Both the position numbers and the translations under genes were made by a program. A DNA stretch of 64,000 nucleotides from assembly GCA_964035545.1 (NCBI GenBank), contig OZ037771.1, positions 12,709,133 through 12,773,132 of the forward strand, given 5' to 3'. The stretch is from Bugula neritina. Taxonomy: Eukaryota > Animalia > Bryozoa. Below the pieces are notes generated by a model. The model had not been told where the DNA came from and did not search any database. It saw only the letters and a list, made by a program, of their open reading frames with translations. Shown piece after piece: positions 1 to 14,004 of the stretch; within the stretch, counting starts at the first letter, position 1; each line of letters starts with the position of its first letter.

Positions 1-1524
1 TCCTGGAGTTAAATGAAGATACATTTAGAAACATGTCTAAAATCCTATCCATAACGCAATAATGAATCATTACTTTAATATCAAAGCTTCCAACTCTGGC
101 TTTACACCCATATCACAGTTCTTGATAAAACTGCTAGGAAACAGGTCATGTTTAACAGGACAAGCGCTTTATTTGTTTTTGCATTTTTATGACTGAGAAT
201 ATATTTTTGAGAATATCTGGGTTTTTTCTCTTACCACTCATGAAAGTTAAAACTTGAAATTTTTATTCAAATCAGTTAGATTACTATTCGAATCACTAGA
301 TGAGTCATTCAACATTGGAAAGAAATTTTTGAAATAATAAACTTAACTGAGGGGAACAGTGAAAGCGGCTTAGCTTTTTTGAAATTGCTTTGATCGGGCA
401 ACTTTTTATCTAGTTTTCCTGGCTTTTTTGGAAGGAGGGGGTAATAAAAAGTACCTGGATTTTTTTAGGACAGGTTCTTTAGTCTAGTCAGACCGACCGA
501 AATGGACTGTTTTGGCTAAACTTTAGGAAATACTTCACATTTTTGTGGACAAGCTAGTTGACAATTGTTTGGATAAGGCAGCGTTGACTGCTAGACAGTT
601 GAGTTCCAGCCAATATTTTATGAGGCTGCTTATAATAATTATGTCTGCATAAACAGAACAAAAAAAGGTTCATTAATTGGAGCAGCTAACCATTAACCTT
701 CCTGTCGGGTTAAAAATAGCTGTCCTTAGAGTTGCAGGACCCTTTGAGTTTCATATAAACAGTTTTTGGTCAACTGAAATGTAAACAATGCCCTTCATAG
801 TAAGAAGGATAATGGCCTCTCATTTATCGATATCTCAGTTGAAACTCGGTTATCCAGGCACTTGCTATTTGTTAGAGACAATAACAAACCGGTTTTTATA
901 GAAAGCAATTCATTACATTGTGTCCGAAAGCAGTGGGTGTGTTTTTATTACCAGAGATGATTGCACATTTCATATATACAAAGAATAAAATTAATTAATG
1001 CTTTAAAGTTTAGCACATAAATTATAGATTATAAATTATAGCCATATTGTAATAAATTGCTTTCCAGTTTTCAATGTTACTTCCATATCTTTCTGATGAA
1101 TGGTTGATACTCCCATGCCTATCTAGTTATTTATACCCTATTTTTTTCAGGTAGTATACCATATAGGTCTATTTTCAGTAAATTTGCAGTTTTACGGTGA
1201 ATAGGTTGCCAGAAATTCTGTCCTGGTAGGTAGATTAGTTTTCAAGAGAGGCTGAAAGCTAATAGTTTTACGCACCATGCCTACCTACCACTGTTTCGTT
1301 GATAGTTGTGTTACTGAAACCAATTTTTTGAGTTCAAAAGCATTTATTGTCAACAACTGTGGATTTTGCCAGTTACTGATTTGTTGTTTAACTATTTTGA
1401 AGCAGTTTAAACTTCTGGAGATTAGTTGTGATAATATTATTTTGTCAAAACAATATAATCACAATTCTGTTTGAATAGGAATGTATTTTGTGTTCCAGAA
1501 AGTGTATAGTGTGTGTGTTTGTAG

Positions 1525-4500
1525 AGGGGCATGCTACTACTGCTGCATTCTGGGACGTTGTGGTGCTAACCACATCCGATGCCGCCCAGCAGCAGGTGTA
1601 TGAGCTGGCCATTAACAACAAGCTTAAACTGAAGGAGCTGCCAACCAGTGCCAGATACCATGTCATCCACGACCCACCCGGTGCAAAGATCGGTTCAGGT
1701 TAGCTCTTAGACCACAGGCTATGTCCGACAGTGACCACAGGCTATGTCCGACAGTGACCACAGGCTATGTCCGACAGTGACCACAGGCTAAGTCCGACAG
1801 TGACCATTGCCATGAGGTCAGGTTGTAGGGCGTAGGCTGTGGGTTATTTATGAGTGATTCTGTTGTGACATGAGCTATGTGACACATGAGGAAACTGTGT
1901 TAGGTTATAGTAGATATAGTAGACACTGGCATGGCTTCATGCACCACTCATTAATCACCTTTCAAAATGTCTTCCCTAGTCAAGCTTCACTAATATTCTC
2001 TAATGTGACCTTGTTCTGTATATTACACTTGCAGGTGGTAACTTCTCTATATTACACTTGTATGTGGTAACTTCTGTATATTACACCTGCAGGTTGTATC
2101 TTCTGTATATTACACTTGCAGGTTGTAACTTCTGTATATTGCACATGCAGGTTGTAACTTCTGTATATTACACTTGCAGGTTGTAACTTCTGTATATTAC
2201 ACTTGCAGGTGGTTCTACCATGTACACTCTCTCAAAGTTGATTGAGCTTGAACCACAGTGGAAGACCCAAAAGGTATGTTGATGAACCCCTTTTTTCTAC
2301 CTTCTCTCCCCTTCACATGCTAGCTAGCTACGCCCCCTTGTGCCGGGCTGGTCATCCCCCACAGTGTGCATTCATTCTCCTCACACCCTTTATTGCTGAT
2401 CGTTATCTCCCTGATATTTGTTTTTGTGCAAGCCTACAATAGTGTGTTACCCTGCAATGGCCTTATAAACAAACTCTCTCTGCCTTTCATCATGTGCTAT
2501 TACTGGGCACTGCCCTGTTGCTATGTACACCACATGCAGTGCCTTGCTCAGTAATGCCTTGCTCAGTGATAAACATTCACTTATCTGTAAGTGGCTGCTG
2601 CTGCCTCATGCTTACAGCTTTTAGGCTATTGGCTTTTCAGAGATTCTCTCTCTCTCTCTCTGTTTACTCGCCTCTGAGTTGATCACAGCTGCTGGCTGTT
2701 GGGTGTGACAGCGACATTTACTATTGCTGCCATTCTCAGTTGATGAGGTCTCCCGTCATGTTTGTGTTTCGCCAGTCCAGTCAGTTTGACCAGCTGCCAA
2801 TAGGTTGTGTGAGAAGAGTAGCTGCCAAAGCACTGTCTCCATAAGGCTCAGGGAGCCACCCTTTCATGTCTATTTTTACTCAGTATAGACTAAATATACC
2901 CTAGCGCTGCGTAGGTTGAGTTTCACAGAGTAATTTGGCAGTTGGCCGAGTAATGTTAGATATTGTAAGGATTTGGCACCAACTTTGAGCTAATAGCAGC
3001 TGTTGATGGATTGTGTTGGGTTTGAGTGACGTAAGAGACTGCCTATTATTGGTGGGCCTGTGGACTCTGGCTGAGTTTATCTACCAGAGATATGTTCTAA
3101 TGATGCGAAAAATTCAATTATTCTTGGTTTTAGTTAGGGGATTAGAGGATGGGATTTTCATCATTAAAGAGATTACTATTTGGTGTGAATGATTTAGAGG
3201 TTTCCGGTCTTTCTAGTCTGCGGTTGTGGCAACCTAAAGATTACCCTGTCTTCCTTCCGATCTTCAGTCTGTCTGTCTGTCTGTCTCATCAGTCTACTGC
3301 CTCCACTCAACTGCAGCTAGAGTCAGCTGATGAAGCTTTGTAGTACAACTAATAAGATATAGACTTTGTTCTCTAAATGTCCTGTAGCCTCTGGTACATC
3401 TGCACTGTACACTTGAGAATGGCTGTTTGTGTGCTGAGGCTACAACAAATCGTGCATTGTTGTGAAATCAATAGCAGATTATGCAGCTTTGTTGGGTGTT
3501 ATTCATACGTTTGCATGTTCACCAGTTGTAACCAGTTCGTTGGCTAGTGTCAGCAGGTGGTTGCTGAGAAGTACTGCCTGTCTAGTGTCACCAAGTCTTG
3601 AGTGCAGCCTATTGTCTGTCTCTCGGCTTAGTCTAGACTCTGACCGCCTTGTTAATGAGCCGGAAGATACAGTGGACCTTCACAGACAGCCCACGCTTCC
3701 TCATCATAAATGAGAGAGTTCTATTGCTTGATCCCAAATTGCAGAACTCGGCTGTAGTTGTTGAGTTGTTGCAGACTTTGCACCGGCCTGGCCATCTCGT
3801 TTTGCTGTTAATTCTTCCATTTGTTCACCACATAAAGTCTATTGTTTTGTGACCAAATTTCCTACTACTCTGCAAGCAGGTTGAATCTCCCTAAAATAAC
3901 AAGTTTCCAGTTTGGTGGTATGTGGGTCTGTCTGTGCTATTCTAGTTCCTGGTTCTAATTTTTTACACATCTACGATGAATTCTGTTAAGATAACACAAA
4001 AGATATTATAGACACAATTTTGGCACTGCAAATGCTTGCCTTCGCAAGTATGGCTAATTACAAGTGGCAATATTTTTTATGAAAATCATTTTTTTACAAA
4101 TTTGGTTCTACATTTTGTTTTCATGTCTCTGGCTGAAGTGATTTGGTAACCTTGTACCCAGAGGTCAGCCAACCAGGATGTGCTGCTGAGCTGTCAACAC
4201 TGGCAGCGGTTTAGTCAGGGCACAGAGTCCGTGTGCTCTGCCCTGACCAGATCTGCTTTCGAATAAACAAAATATTTCTAGAAATTTATTCTTGGAATCA
4301 AAACATGATTATGAGGTCAAATAGGGTGGTTTGTTTGTCCACCGATTTAAAACTGGTTGGCTGTTATGCAAGTCAATTTCACGGCAGCATTCCGATATTT
4401 TAGGGAGAAAATTCTTGTTTTGAACAATTTAGCTGTCTATCTTGGACCTTGTTTATTGACAATGCTTGTTTGTGTCCAAACACTCCCACCTCATCGAAAC

Positions 4501-7500
4501 ACTCCCACCTCATCGATATGGTGTGATCCACTCGTTTCTCGGAGAGGGGCCCTGAAGATAATTATCGGCTACACCAAAAATTGCTTAATACTAGGATACA
4601 TTTCTCTTAGGGAGTATATATATGGTGATATATTTCTTTTAGAGAGTATATATAGTGATATATTTCTTTTAGAGAGTATATATGGTAATATATTTCTGTT
4701 GGAGTATATATGGTAATATGTTCATATTTTGCAGATATTACTGATGCATGCTGGGGGCTCAAGTCAACGACTACCAAGTGCAAGTGTCCTGGGGAAGGCT
4801 TTCACTACCATTCCTATTGGTGAGCATCTTCCTGCCATGTCAACTCTACTCTAGGCATTGGTGCTTATATTTCGTTCCCATATGTGGGGAAAATGGAGAC
4901 ATGTTTTGCTAGTTCTATTTTTAAAGGTATTGAAGATAAAGTTGAAATATAATGAATTTAACAAAAGTACTTCTATCATTCTGTGTTACTATTTATAAAC
5001 TCATATCAGCATCCGGCTGCTGGGGAAAGGCACACTAACTGGCCTAGTAATGACCACAATGCTTTGTAAACATCCGCAATGTTTAACCAGCCTGCAGACT
5101 ACAGCTCCCACAATGCCCTGTACCAAACTTATTTATTGGGTTTGCAAGCAAGAAGTTAGGAAGTTTGATGTCAACAAAAACTAGCTGGTCAACTTGTGGG
5201 AATTCCTGATACTCAGGGCTGTGTTTATTTGCACAAATGATTATATACTTTCCCAGAATGTTTGAGTTCAGTTGACTTACATTTTCACTCTATAGCTTAT
5301 CTTATCATTTGGCGTTGGTCCTAAACTCTAGAGATGAATGCCAGCTTCACCTACCAGTAGAAATGTCTACCATTAGACGTTTAGCCCCACATGTTAGCAT
5401 TTGCCTTAAACTTATTGCTGGGTGCAGTACATTGTGCGGAAGAACCAAGCTTAATAGTTGGGCTACCCCCTCCCTACCTCCTCCAGTCAGTAATGAAGGA
5501 AATCGAGCTATTATTTTACGAGTCATCTAACATGATATGTGTTACAGGCAACAGGATATACACCATGTTTGATGTCAAACTCGCATTGCTGATGCCGTTT
5601 GCAGAGAAGCTGCCCCCTGGTGTGTTTATATGCTGCCCCGACACTTTTGAGACCTTCACCTTTGGTGAGTATAGTAAGGGTTTCCTTATAGTAAGGATTT
5701 CCAGATTTGGGGGCTTTCACTTGGATGGAAGATGTATCAGCTAGTCACGTGATGACTAGTGGTGGTCATGTGACTAGTTGTCTCGTCGACTCAGTGACTT
5801 TGACTTCACATCATTTCGTCCTTGACTAACCAGCAAGTACCGACTTCTCTTGTCATGCATGGTACTTGTTGGGCATGTCATTGGCACTATCTGTTATTCC
5901 TCCACAGTGGAGGTGTAATACTAGCCTTTATCTGATGGGCAGTGTGGATGAGTAATAATACTGAGTGTGAGTTATAGTACTCAGTGTGAGTTATAGTACT
6001 CAGTGTGAGTTGGGAGTAATACTGAGTGTGAGTGGAGAGTAGTACTCAGTGTGAGTTACAGTACTGAGTGTGAGTAGACACTCTTACTATCTAGTATTGT
6101 ACTACACTTATTCCCTTCTCATCACATCTTCCTACAGCAGATTCAAAATTTCATTTCCTTTCTGGAAGAACTTTTGTAGGTCAATGCTGTCATCTAGGTC
6201 CTCGGCTCATGCCATTGGCTGTGTTATGGGGTGTGTCAGTTAGTGTCAGTTGATGCAGATATTTGTAGTACATGTGGATCAGTAGATTATCATTGGTTTT
6301 TATTACTGCTATCTGATGAATTGCCAAACAAGAAATAAGAGGTTGAGCCATTGTTATGCAATTCTTCCATCTCTATCTGGCAGTAAACATGTTGACAGGA
6401 GGAAAAGTTGAAATTTCATCAAGAACACTATTTCCTTTTGACCTTGGAAATTCCCAGTGACTTAATGTAAACACTGGTGTTGATCAGTTAGCTGCCTCTG
6501 TGTTGACAAGGCAGCATGACACAGAGGCAGCATGCAGCTGGATGTTGATTCTGTTAATATTCTTTGTGGATTGCTCAGCAAGCATTCATTGTTGGGGTGC
6601 ATATAGCTACTGTTTTGGTTACTGCCCTTCTCCGTATTGATTGACCTATTTAATAACCATTGTGTTCCTCTCATATGTTTCGCCTCATCAGAAATCTTCT
6701 CAACTGCAGCTAATAAGTGTTATATTCAATCATTGGCTAAAGGCTAAAACACATTTATGCTTAATTCATTATATGATACATAGTCCAGGTGGATTTTAAA
6801 CTGAAACTGCGTAAGTGCTGGTGTACTGCTACCTGACATGGCCTCTTATCTACCTCACCACCCACTCTACCACCCAACCTGCTGTAGTTTATATTCATTT
6901 TCAACAACCAACAATTGTCTACGGTGTAGCTAATACTACACAATATGACAGCAAAACTTGTGTACAGGTATACTGTATACAGGTATACACTATACTGTAT
7001 ACAGTGTACAGATATACACTACAATGTATACAGTATGCAGGTATACACTATACTGTATACAGTATACAGGCATACACTATAATGTATATTGTATACAAGT
7101 AATAGCTACTAGTAACAAGTAGTGAGGTAATTAGGGCATGGCAATATGTGAAGTGTATTAAGCTGGTGGCTAACTACCGGATAAGCAAGTTGAATCAGTA
7201 TTCAGTGCGTTCACATTGATGATCATGCCAGTGGAATCAGCTAGTTGAATGAAGAGAGTTTGAATGTCAGGAAATCTATCATGTAGTGTGAGCTTTTGGG
7301 TATAGAGCATTATAAGAATCATCGCTTCAGTTATTAGTAATTCCTATTGCGCAAGATGACAGTCATGATTTGGTCATGTGATTGTGTCTGTGCGTGCGTC
7401 TGTTAGTGCATGTGTGTAAGTGTATGCGTGTGTATGTGTGCACAATGACTACATACAGCTTAGCCCGCCCCACTTAGACCCACTTGTTCCCACTTGTCCT

Positions 7501-9305
7501 ATCTTCTAAGATAACTCGTGTGTTTACTACACTCCATCTCATGTTTGTTTTCCTTTGATAGGAAATAATACTGACTGGAATTTTGAGAAGAGGCGTGGCT
7601 TCCTAGCCTTGGCTCATCCATCCCCAATGGAGATTGGCACGGGTCATGGCGTGTTTGTACTCTCCGACAGGAACTCAAAGCTCGACACAGGTACCAAAGG
7701 CTAAGTTTTATTGACTAATGTGTTATGGCTACATGGGTAGACATTAAGTTCCCTTGTTATCACTAGAAGGAAATATGACTGTAGCTTTGTCAGTAGGATA
7801 CTAGATACTAGATACATTAGTACATGTTTCTGAATGGAAACTTGATTCTCCAATACTGTGTTGTAGAGGTGCTAACCTGTAGCAAGGTCCTTCAGAAGCC
7901 AACCAAGCGCATGATGAGGGACGAGGGGGCGGTCCTCCACCCCTCTGAGATTCCTGATAGCTTTAGAATGAGTGCTGCCGCGTCTCAAGAGTGGGTCTTC
8001 ACCGACAGCAACTACTTCTTTGATCACAGCATCAGTCACAAGTTGCTGCAGTTCTTTGAGGAGAACAAGCCAATCACGGGCGAGATCTGCGCCTATGGTG
8101 ACTTCCTGCAGCCGCTGGGCAGTGAGGCGGATGACGCGTACATCAACAACTGTAAGAACATCATGACCATGTCACCGGGACTGCTCACAATCAGACGCAA
8201 GGTCTACGACATGCTCAAGGGTAACCCCCTCAACGTTATAGCTCTCAAGCAGTCTAAATTCTACCACATCGGCACTCTCAAGGAGTACATCGAGAACTTC
8301 TGCTCCAACGATGAGCTTAGAGAGGAACTAGGTCTAAGCAGGTTTTGCTATTCGGCCTTTGCTAGCCCTAGTTCTACTCGCGTACCTCACAGCTTCGGTG
8401 AGGGTGCCTCCGTGCTGCACTCTCTGATCACGTCTACTTGCTCCTTCTCTCCTTGCTCGGTGGTTGAGTACTGCAAGTTCACAGCTGATGTCACCATTCA
8501 AGCCAACTGTGTCATCAGCAACTGCGAGTACACAGGAAACGGGAGTTGTCGCCCTCTCCTTATCCCCGAGAACACCTTCATGCAAACAGTGCCCGTGTTT
8601 AGCCCCAGTGGCGAGCCCATGTACGTTACTCTAGTGTTTGGTATCAACGATGACATGAAAGCCAAAGTGTCTTCCCTGCCCAACGTGTCCAGCATATCAT
8701 ACTTTGACCGCAGTCTCACCTCTGTGCTCAAGCAGCCCTTGACCGATCTCACCGATCTGTTTGGTCACGGCAATCCATACAGTTTGTGGCACGCTAAGCT
8801 TTTCCCCCTCTCTGCCAATGCCCAGTCCTCATTTCTCGCCGCCCTCTCCTCTCTGCACGATCTCATTGCCCCCAGCAAGCGAGGCTTGTCAGCCGATGCA
8901 TCATCTTCCAGGGTCATGGCCCCCGGCTGCTCCAACAACAACTGTATTACTCATCTCTCTAACGGCTCCGGCCCTCACCTCTACAAGGCCTCAGCAGAAC
9001 TTAATACAGATGGCAGCACCATGTCTTACAAGTCCACTTCTAACGGCAACACCAACGGGAGCACCACTGACTTGTTCTTAAACGGCAGCATTAATGGGGG
9101 ACACGACTCTACAAATGGCAAACTGGCTGCCCACAACACATGTGCTAATCATGTGACAGCAGCCAATGGTAACGGCAAGTTCCGCCCTGTTTTATACTCC
9201 ATTGCTGACGTAATCAAGTACAAGGATGCTAAGTCTATGATTGACGGCCGGAACGAGCTGTCAGTGCGGATAAAAGATGCCCTCTTGCCCGATATCTCTA
9301 AGTAA
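1525..9305 (+). CDS. FPGT: Fucose-1-phosphate guanylyltransferase (5'-partial; first coding exon not located)
   Basis: In-frame GT-AG exons 1525-1698, 2209-2273, 4735-4819, 5548-5664, 7562-7690, 7867-9305. Motifs FWDVVVLT, DPPGAKIGSGGST, ILLMHAGGSSQRLPSASVLGKAF, ALAHPS..IGTGHGVFV, EICAYGDFLQPLG, FYHIGT, SLWHAKLFP match the FPGT family. Confidence 0.93.
1710..1806. repeat. 23-bp tandem repeat x4 just after the FPGT donor at 1699
   Basis: GACCACAGGCTATGTCCGACAGT. Confidence 0.9.
2012..2212. repeat. 29-bp tandem repeat x7 spanning the FPGT acceptor at 2208
   Basis: TTCTGTATATTACACTTGCAG|GTTGTAAC. Confidence 0.92.
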
Positions 9306-11259
9306 TGGGTGTACGTCTTGTGCTACATCTTCATGCATATCTTCTTTCCCTTTTCCTCCTTACCATCTCAATCCATCCTTTACAACATATGCTGTCCTTA
9401 TCACTTGCACCTCTGTTTCCAATATCCATCACTTTTACTATTCATTTCTAATATATATATATAAAATATAGAATAAATATGTAAGATGTGAAAATATATT
9501 ATTTAATCTTCAATGGAAGGTTTAATCATTGTAAGTGATATGCCAATGCAAATGATAGATGAATTTTATTTTCCTATTAACCAACATTTTCAAGTCTTTC
9601 ATTTTACTCCTTATCACTGCTTGCTGTATTCTCATCACCTGTTCATAGTTATTATCAGTCATTAATCAGCCTTTGAAAACCCTAACAGTGTGTTCTAGCA
9701 CTGCAGGTGGGGTGCTGTGTGTCCTCCCCTTTTAGTGTCAAGACATGACCGCAGTTAGACTGCTCCGGCGTCATAGTAGCTTTTATTAACTCTCATTTTC
9801 TTTGAGAGAGAGTGTTACTACTTTTCTAGTATATTTATGTTTAATATACAAGTTTTATAGACTTTCAACGTTTGTATATTGTGGTAATCATTTATCATCT
9901 GTTTCATTTGAAGAATTCGCTAATCCTCTATGTGTCATATTCAATATCGTGTGGGTGGTTTTGTTCCATCAAAATTTAATTTTGACTGTAACGAATCACT
10001 TAGGAGTTGCAACGTGATGTTGCTTGCATTCTGAGAGAGAATAACTCCAAAATGTTTGCAATAATATTTTCTTAACATCTTCAACTAATATTTGTGCTGC
10101 AGGCATTATCATATAACTTATATTTTTTAAGGAGTCCTGGAATGCTAAAAATTTATTGTTATGCAAAGCTATTGTGTAAGTCTATTCTGTAGAAACCTTT
10201 ACCAGAGTAATTGTTTAGAATGTGGTTTGGTGCATATATTCATGACTGCTGTACTTGCCAATAAATGCTTTTATTTTTAATTTTTTTAAATCTCTGAATC
10301 AGATATTTTATGAATTTTCTCTTTTTAATTCAGAATTTATACTCTTTAGTAACTTTCTTGGACTTGACTGGATAATAATATGTATTTTATGATTTCTTGT
10401 GTCACAATGTGTACTCGCTATCCACTAGCCATTCATTTTTACTCCAGGCTAGTATTAGATAAATATATTATGTAATAAATTTATCTCACTTCACAGAAAT
10501 ACTTAGCCCAGTTTTTGTCTTTAGTGTTCATTTCGGTTCAAAATAACAAATAAATTGTTCAGGATAACATTTCATGAATCGATACCTGTTGATAACTAAA
10601 CTGATTTGTTGGTGTACCTAGTGTTCTGTCATAACTATAATAAGCTGATACGTCATATATATAAATTTAGTAAATCCCCAATAATGTTTTTAATGGTAAT
10701 ATGAATAATGATGCTTTTTATTAATAAGATACAGTGGATCTTGAAGTAAATTTCACCAACTCTTATGCTTGTCTTGTGATCAATTCAAGCCTCTCGTAAA
10801 TCTTCTTTTTCAGAATTTGCAACTATTTCACTTCACAATTCAATTTATTATTGATATACCATATTGTTCAATCTCATGCTGAATTATGACAAGTAGGCAA
10901 TACACATGCTGCCCACTGAGCAATAGCATACAGGAAATGAAACTATAGATTATGAGATAATATTTGGCTGGGGATAACCTGTGATTATAATTTATGTCAC
11001 ATTTACAGTTTTTGTTCTTGTTTCAAGTACTAATTATACAACATAATATTGTTTATTTGAGCTATTGCATCCTATTGTTCATAATTTATTACGTCAATGC
11101 TCAATACATATAACGTCATTGAGAACAATTATGGCGTTTAGGCAACAACAAATTGGGAGAAATTATGGAGTTGTCTGCTCTATGCAGTTTTGCCTTAGCC
11201 CGTGCGTCGCATCTATTATAACGATGAGTAAAGGTTCCGTGGCAATGCCTAACTTCCGT

Positions 11260-11266
11260 TCTTTTC
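11260..11266 (+). promoter_or_regulatory. TCT initiator / 5'TOP start of RPL8
   Basis: TCTTTTC matches YC(+1)TYTYY; followed by a short non-coding exon ending 11281 and a GTGAGT donor, typical of ribosomal protein genes. Confidence 0.7.
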
Positions 11267-11536
11267 ATCTCGGCCATATTGGTGAGTAAGTTATAACAAA
11301 TTTCTTCGGAAAGAATCCATACCAATCATCTTTGCGTTTACTGTCAAATCTGTTTAAATATAGACAAACGCAATTCTAAATTAATTTATTTTTAGTAAAC
11401 CAGGTTCACCAGAACGTTGATGTACTATTTTCGATATAGTAGTTCTAAAATGTACACCTCATTTTTTTAATTTTATCAGGTTGCAACATGGTGATAGTCA
11501 ATTTTATCGAACTTGCAGGTTACAAGCCACGCCAAA

Positions 11537-13439
11537 ATGGGTCGGGTAATCAGAGCACAACGTAAAGGTGCTGGTGGAATATTTAAATCACGAACAAGAA
11601 CACGAAAGGGCCCCGCTAAACTTAGAGCTTTAGATTATGCAGAAAGACATGGATATTTGAAAGGCGTTGTGAAGGTAAGACAGTGACACAAATCCAAATG
11701 ATTTGTTGAGTATATTATAATAGTTTTATTTCAATTACTATTACACTTCGTGTACGTAGACCATCTGTTGGTAACAGTTCAGTTATGCTTAGTTACTTTT
11801 AAGTTTTAATCATAATGATGATGCCCAAACCATGAAAAATTTAACACGGACTAATCTACACTTGATTGAGTTTTATTACTAAAACCAGTAGCCTTAGCTT
11901 TTGTCTATTTAAATTTGGCTAGATCAATAAAGTTCAATTGTTGTCTATCAAGTTACACTTTCCATCACTATGCTTGTAATGGTTGAATAAGTTAGTTAGT
12001 TACTGCTAAAAACTTCACTTGTGTATGACCCCATATTTTATTAGTTTGCAAAAGTTACCACAATTGACAATCTTTTGGTGACTAGCCTAAGATATCCCCC
12101 AATATGGTATAATTATGTTCTTGATTGTTAATGGAAGTTGTTCAACAAAGTTTTAATATTAGCGTATGCTTTTTAATCGTGTATTGAGTTAGGTTGAAAT
12201 GCTCTGGCCATATATTAATAAAAAAATTCTATTTTTGATGAGATCATTTGATATTCATAATTTTGCTGCAAACATATACTTGTAGTTTGTACCACTATGC
12301 ATAATATCAGGTAGCTATTGTCAGAAAATCACTGAGATTACCTTGTGCCATTTTACAGGATATAATTCACGACCCTGGCAGAGGTGCGCCTCTTGCTAAA
12401 GTATCTTTCAGAGATCCCTACAGATATAAGAAGAGGTCGGAACTGTTCATTGCAGCTGAAGGAATGCACACTGGCCAATTTCTCTACTGCGGAAAGAAAG
12501 GTATATGTTTAATATATGGTATTGGTTGTCAACTAAGTTGGTGTGTGTAATGTTAATGGACCGCACATGGAAATACCAGATGAATAATACCTATTATTCT
12601 GGTAAATAAATGTGCAAGAATAAATTGCCTACCACGCTATGCTTCCTTACTATACAAGTATGAGTAGCACGACGGTAGTATACAACCCAGTCTCCTACGT
12701 AATATCTTCTCCCCATTTGTCTCTTGTATACATTACTCATCAGTCTCGTGCTATTGCAGCTACACTACAGATTGGCAACATTCTGCCCATTGGCCAGATG
12801 CCTGAGGGTACCATGGTGTGCAACCTGGAGGAGAAGACTGGTGACCGAGGAGCACTTGCAAGAACCAGCGGCAACTATGCCATCGTCGTGTCACACAACC
12901 CAGAGACTGGAAGGACCAGAGTGAAACTACCCAGTGGCAACAAGAAGCTGATCCCCAGTGCAAACAGGGCCATGGTTGGTGAGTGTTTAGACTGCCTTCT
13001 CTTTTGGCTACTTCATTTGAATTCAGTCAAGTTCTGAAACACTTCGAACAATGTTGAAGCAGTTCTGCCATATTAAACGGTTTTGAGGGTGACAGGATTT
13101 TTTAAGTAGTTTGAAGCTAACATAATATATCTGTGACCAGGTTTTTCTGATTTTGGGCTTGTCTTGTCAGGTATTGTTGCTGGAGGTGGTAGAATAGACA
13201 AACCTCTCCTAAAGGCTGGTAGAGCCTATCACAAATACAAAGTGAAGAGAAACAGCTGGCCGAAAGTGCGTGGTGTGTGCATGAACCCTGTAGAGCATCC
13301 TCACGGTGGTGGTAACCATCAGCACATCGGTAAAGCTTCCACTGTCAGCAGATTCAAGTCACACGGTAGAAAGGTCGGTCTCATCGCTGCCAGACGTACT
13401 GGACGACTCAGAGGTACAAGAGCTGTCAAGGATGAATAA
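11537..13439 (+). CDS. RPL8: 60S ribosomal protein L8 (uL2)
   Basis: Exons 11537-11674, 12359-12500, 12760-12978, 13171-13439; [11 protein letters not shown]..., [40 protein letters not shown]. Confidence 0.98.
12561..12687 (+). ncRNA. Intronic box H/ACA snoRNA (RPL8 intron 3)
   Basis: Hairpin 1 GCACAT..TACCAGA..AATAA/TTATT..TCTGGTA..ATGTGC with internal pocket, H box AGAATA (12617-12622), hairpin 2 CTACC..TGCT/AGCA..GGTAG, ACA at 12682-12684; about 127 nt, about 70 nt upstream of the 3' splice site. Confidence 0.8.
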
Positions 13440-14004
13440 ATATGGATTTGTGATATTATTGTGTGCTTATTTCCATCTTTTTACACAATAACATAATATA
13501 TAGAAACACCACAATTTGTCTTCTTTTTTATAAGCGTTTCAAGCTATAAAGTAATTGCTTGAAGTTGCTAGCTTATGCAACCTATAAGCCTTGGGAGAAA
13601 GTAGTGCCTAAGTAGTTGACTTGTTGACAATGTTTTGATCTGTTATCACTTCTGGGGCTATTGTAGAGCTTGGTGTATTGTATGAGCTGAGTGATTAATG
13701 TTGCATTTTTATACTGAAACTCGAGTACAGTTAAGTTGAGTTGTAACATGCAATACATATTTTAATTGATTTTAAACTTTGAACAAAATTTATGCAAACA
13801 TTTGATTTCTTTAACATGATTTACCTGCTTAAATATTTCATGAGCATAGAGCTGTGGGTAGTATGCTATGAAATCAATTTCATGCTGAACCAGTAAGGTG
13901 AGGAGCAAGTTGCTATAGTTGGTGGTTAAGCTATTTAGGAGTTGTTGGTGCAAGGTGAGAAAGGCTCTATTTACAGAACTTCATAATTTGTTGGGTAGAA
14001 CCTA

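Noticed and set aside
6664-6697. Minus-strand CTGATGAGGCGAAACATATG hammerhead-like core
   Set aside because: No stem II, cleavage-site U missing and stem I does not pair; at best a remnant.
11812-11900. Box C-like ATGATGA in RPL8 intron 2
   Set aside because: No well-placed CTGA D box, terminal stem or recognisable antisense element.
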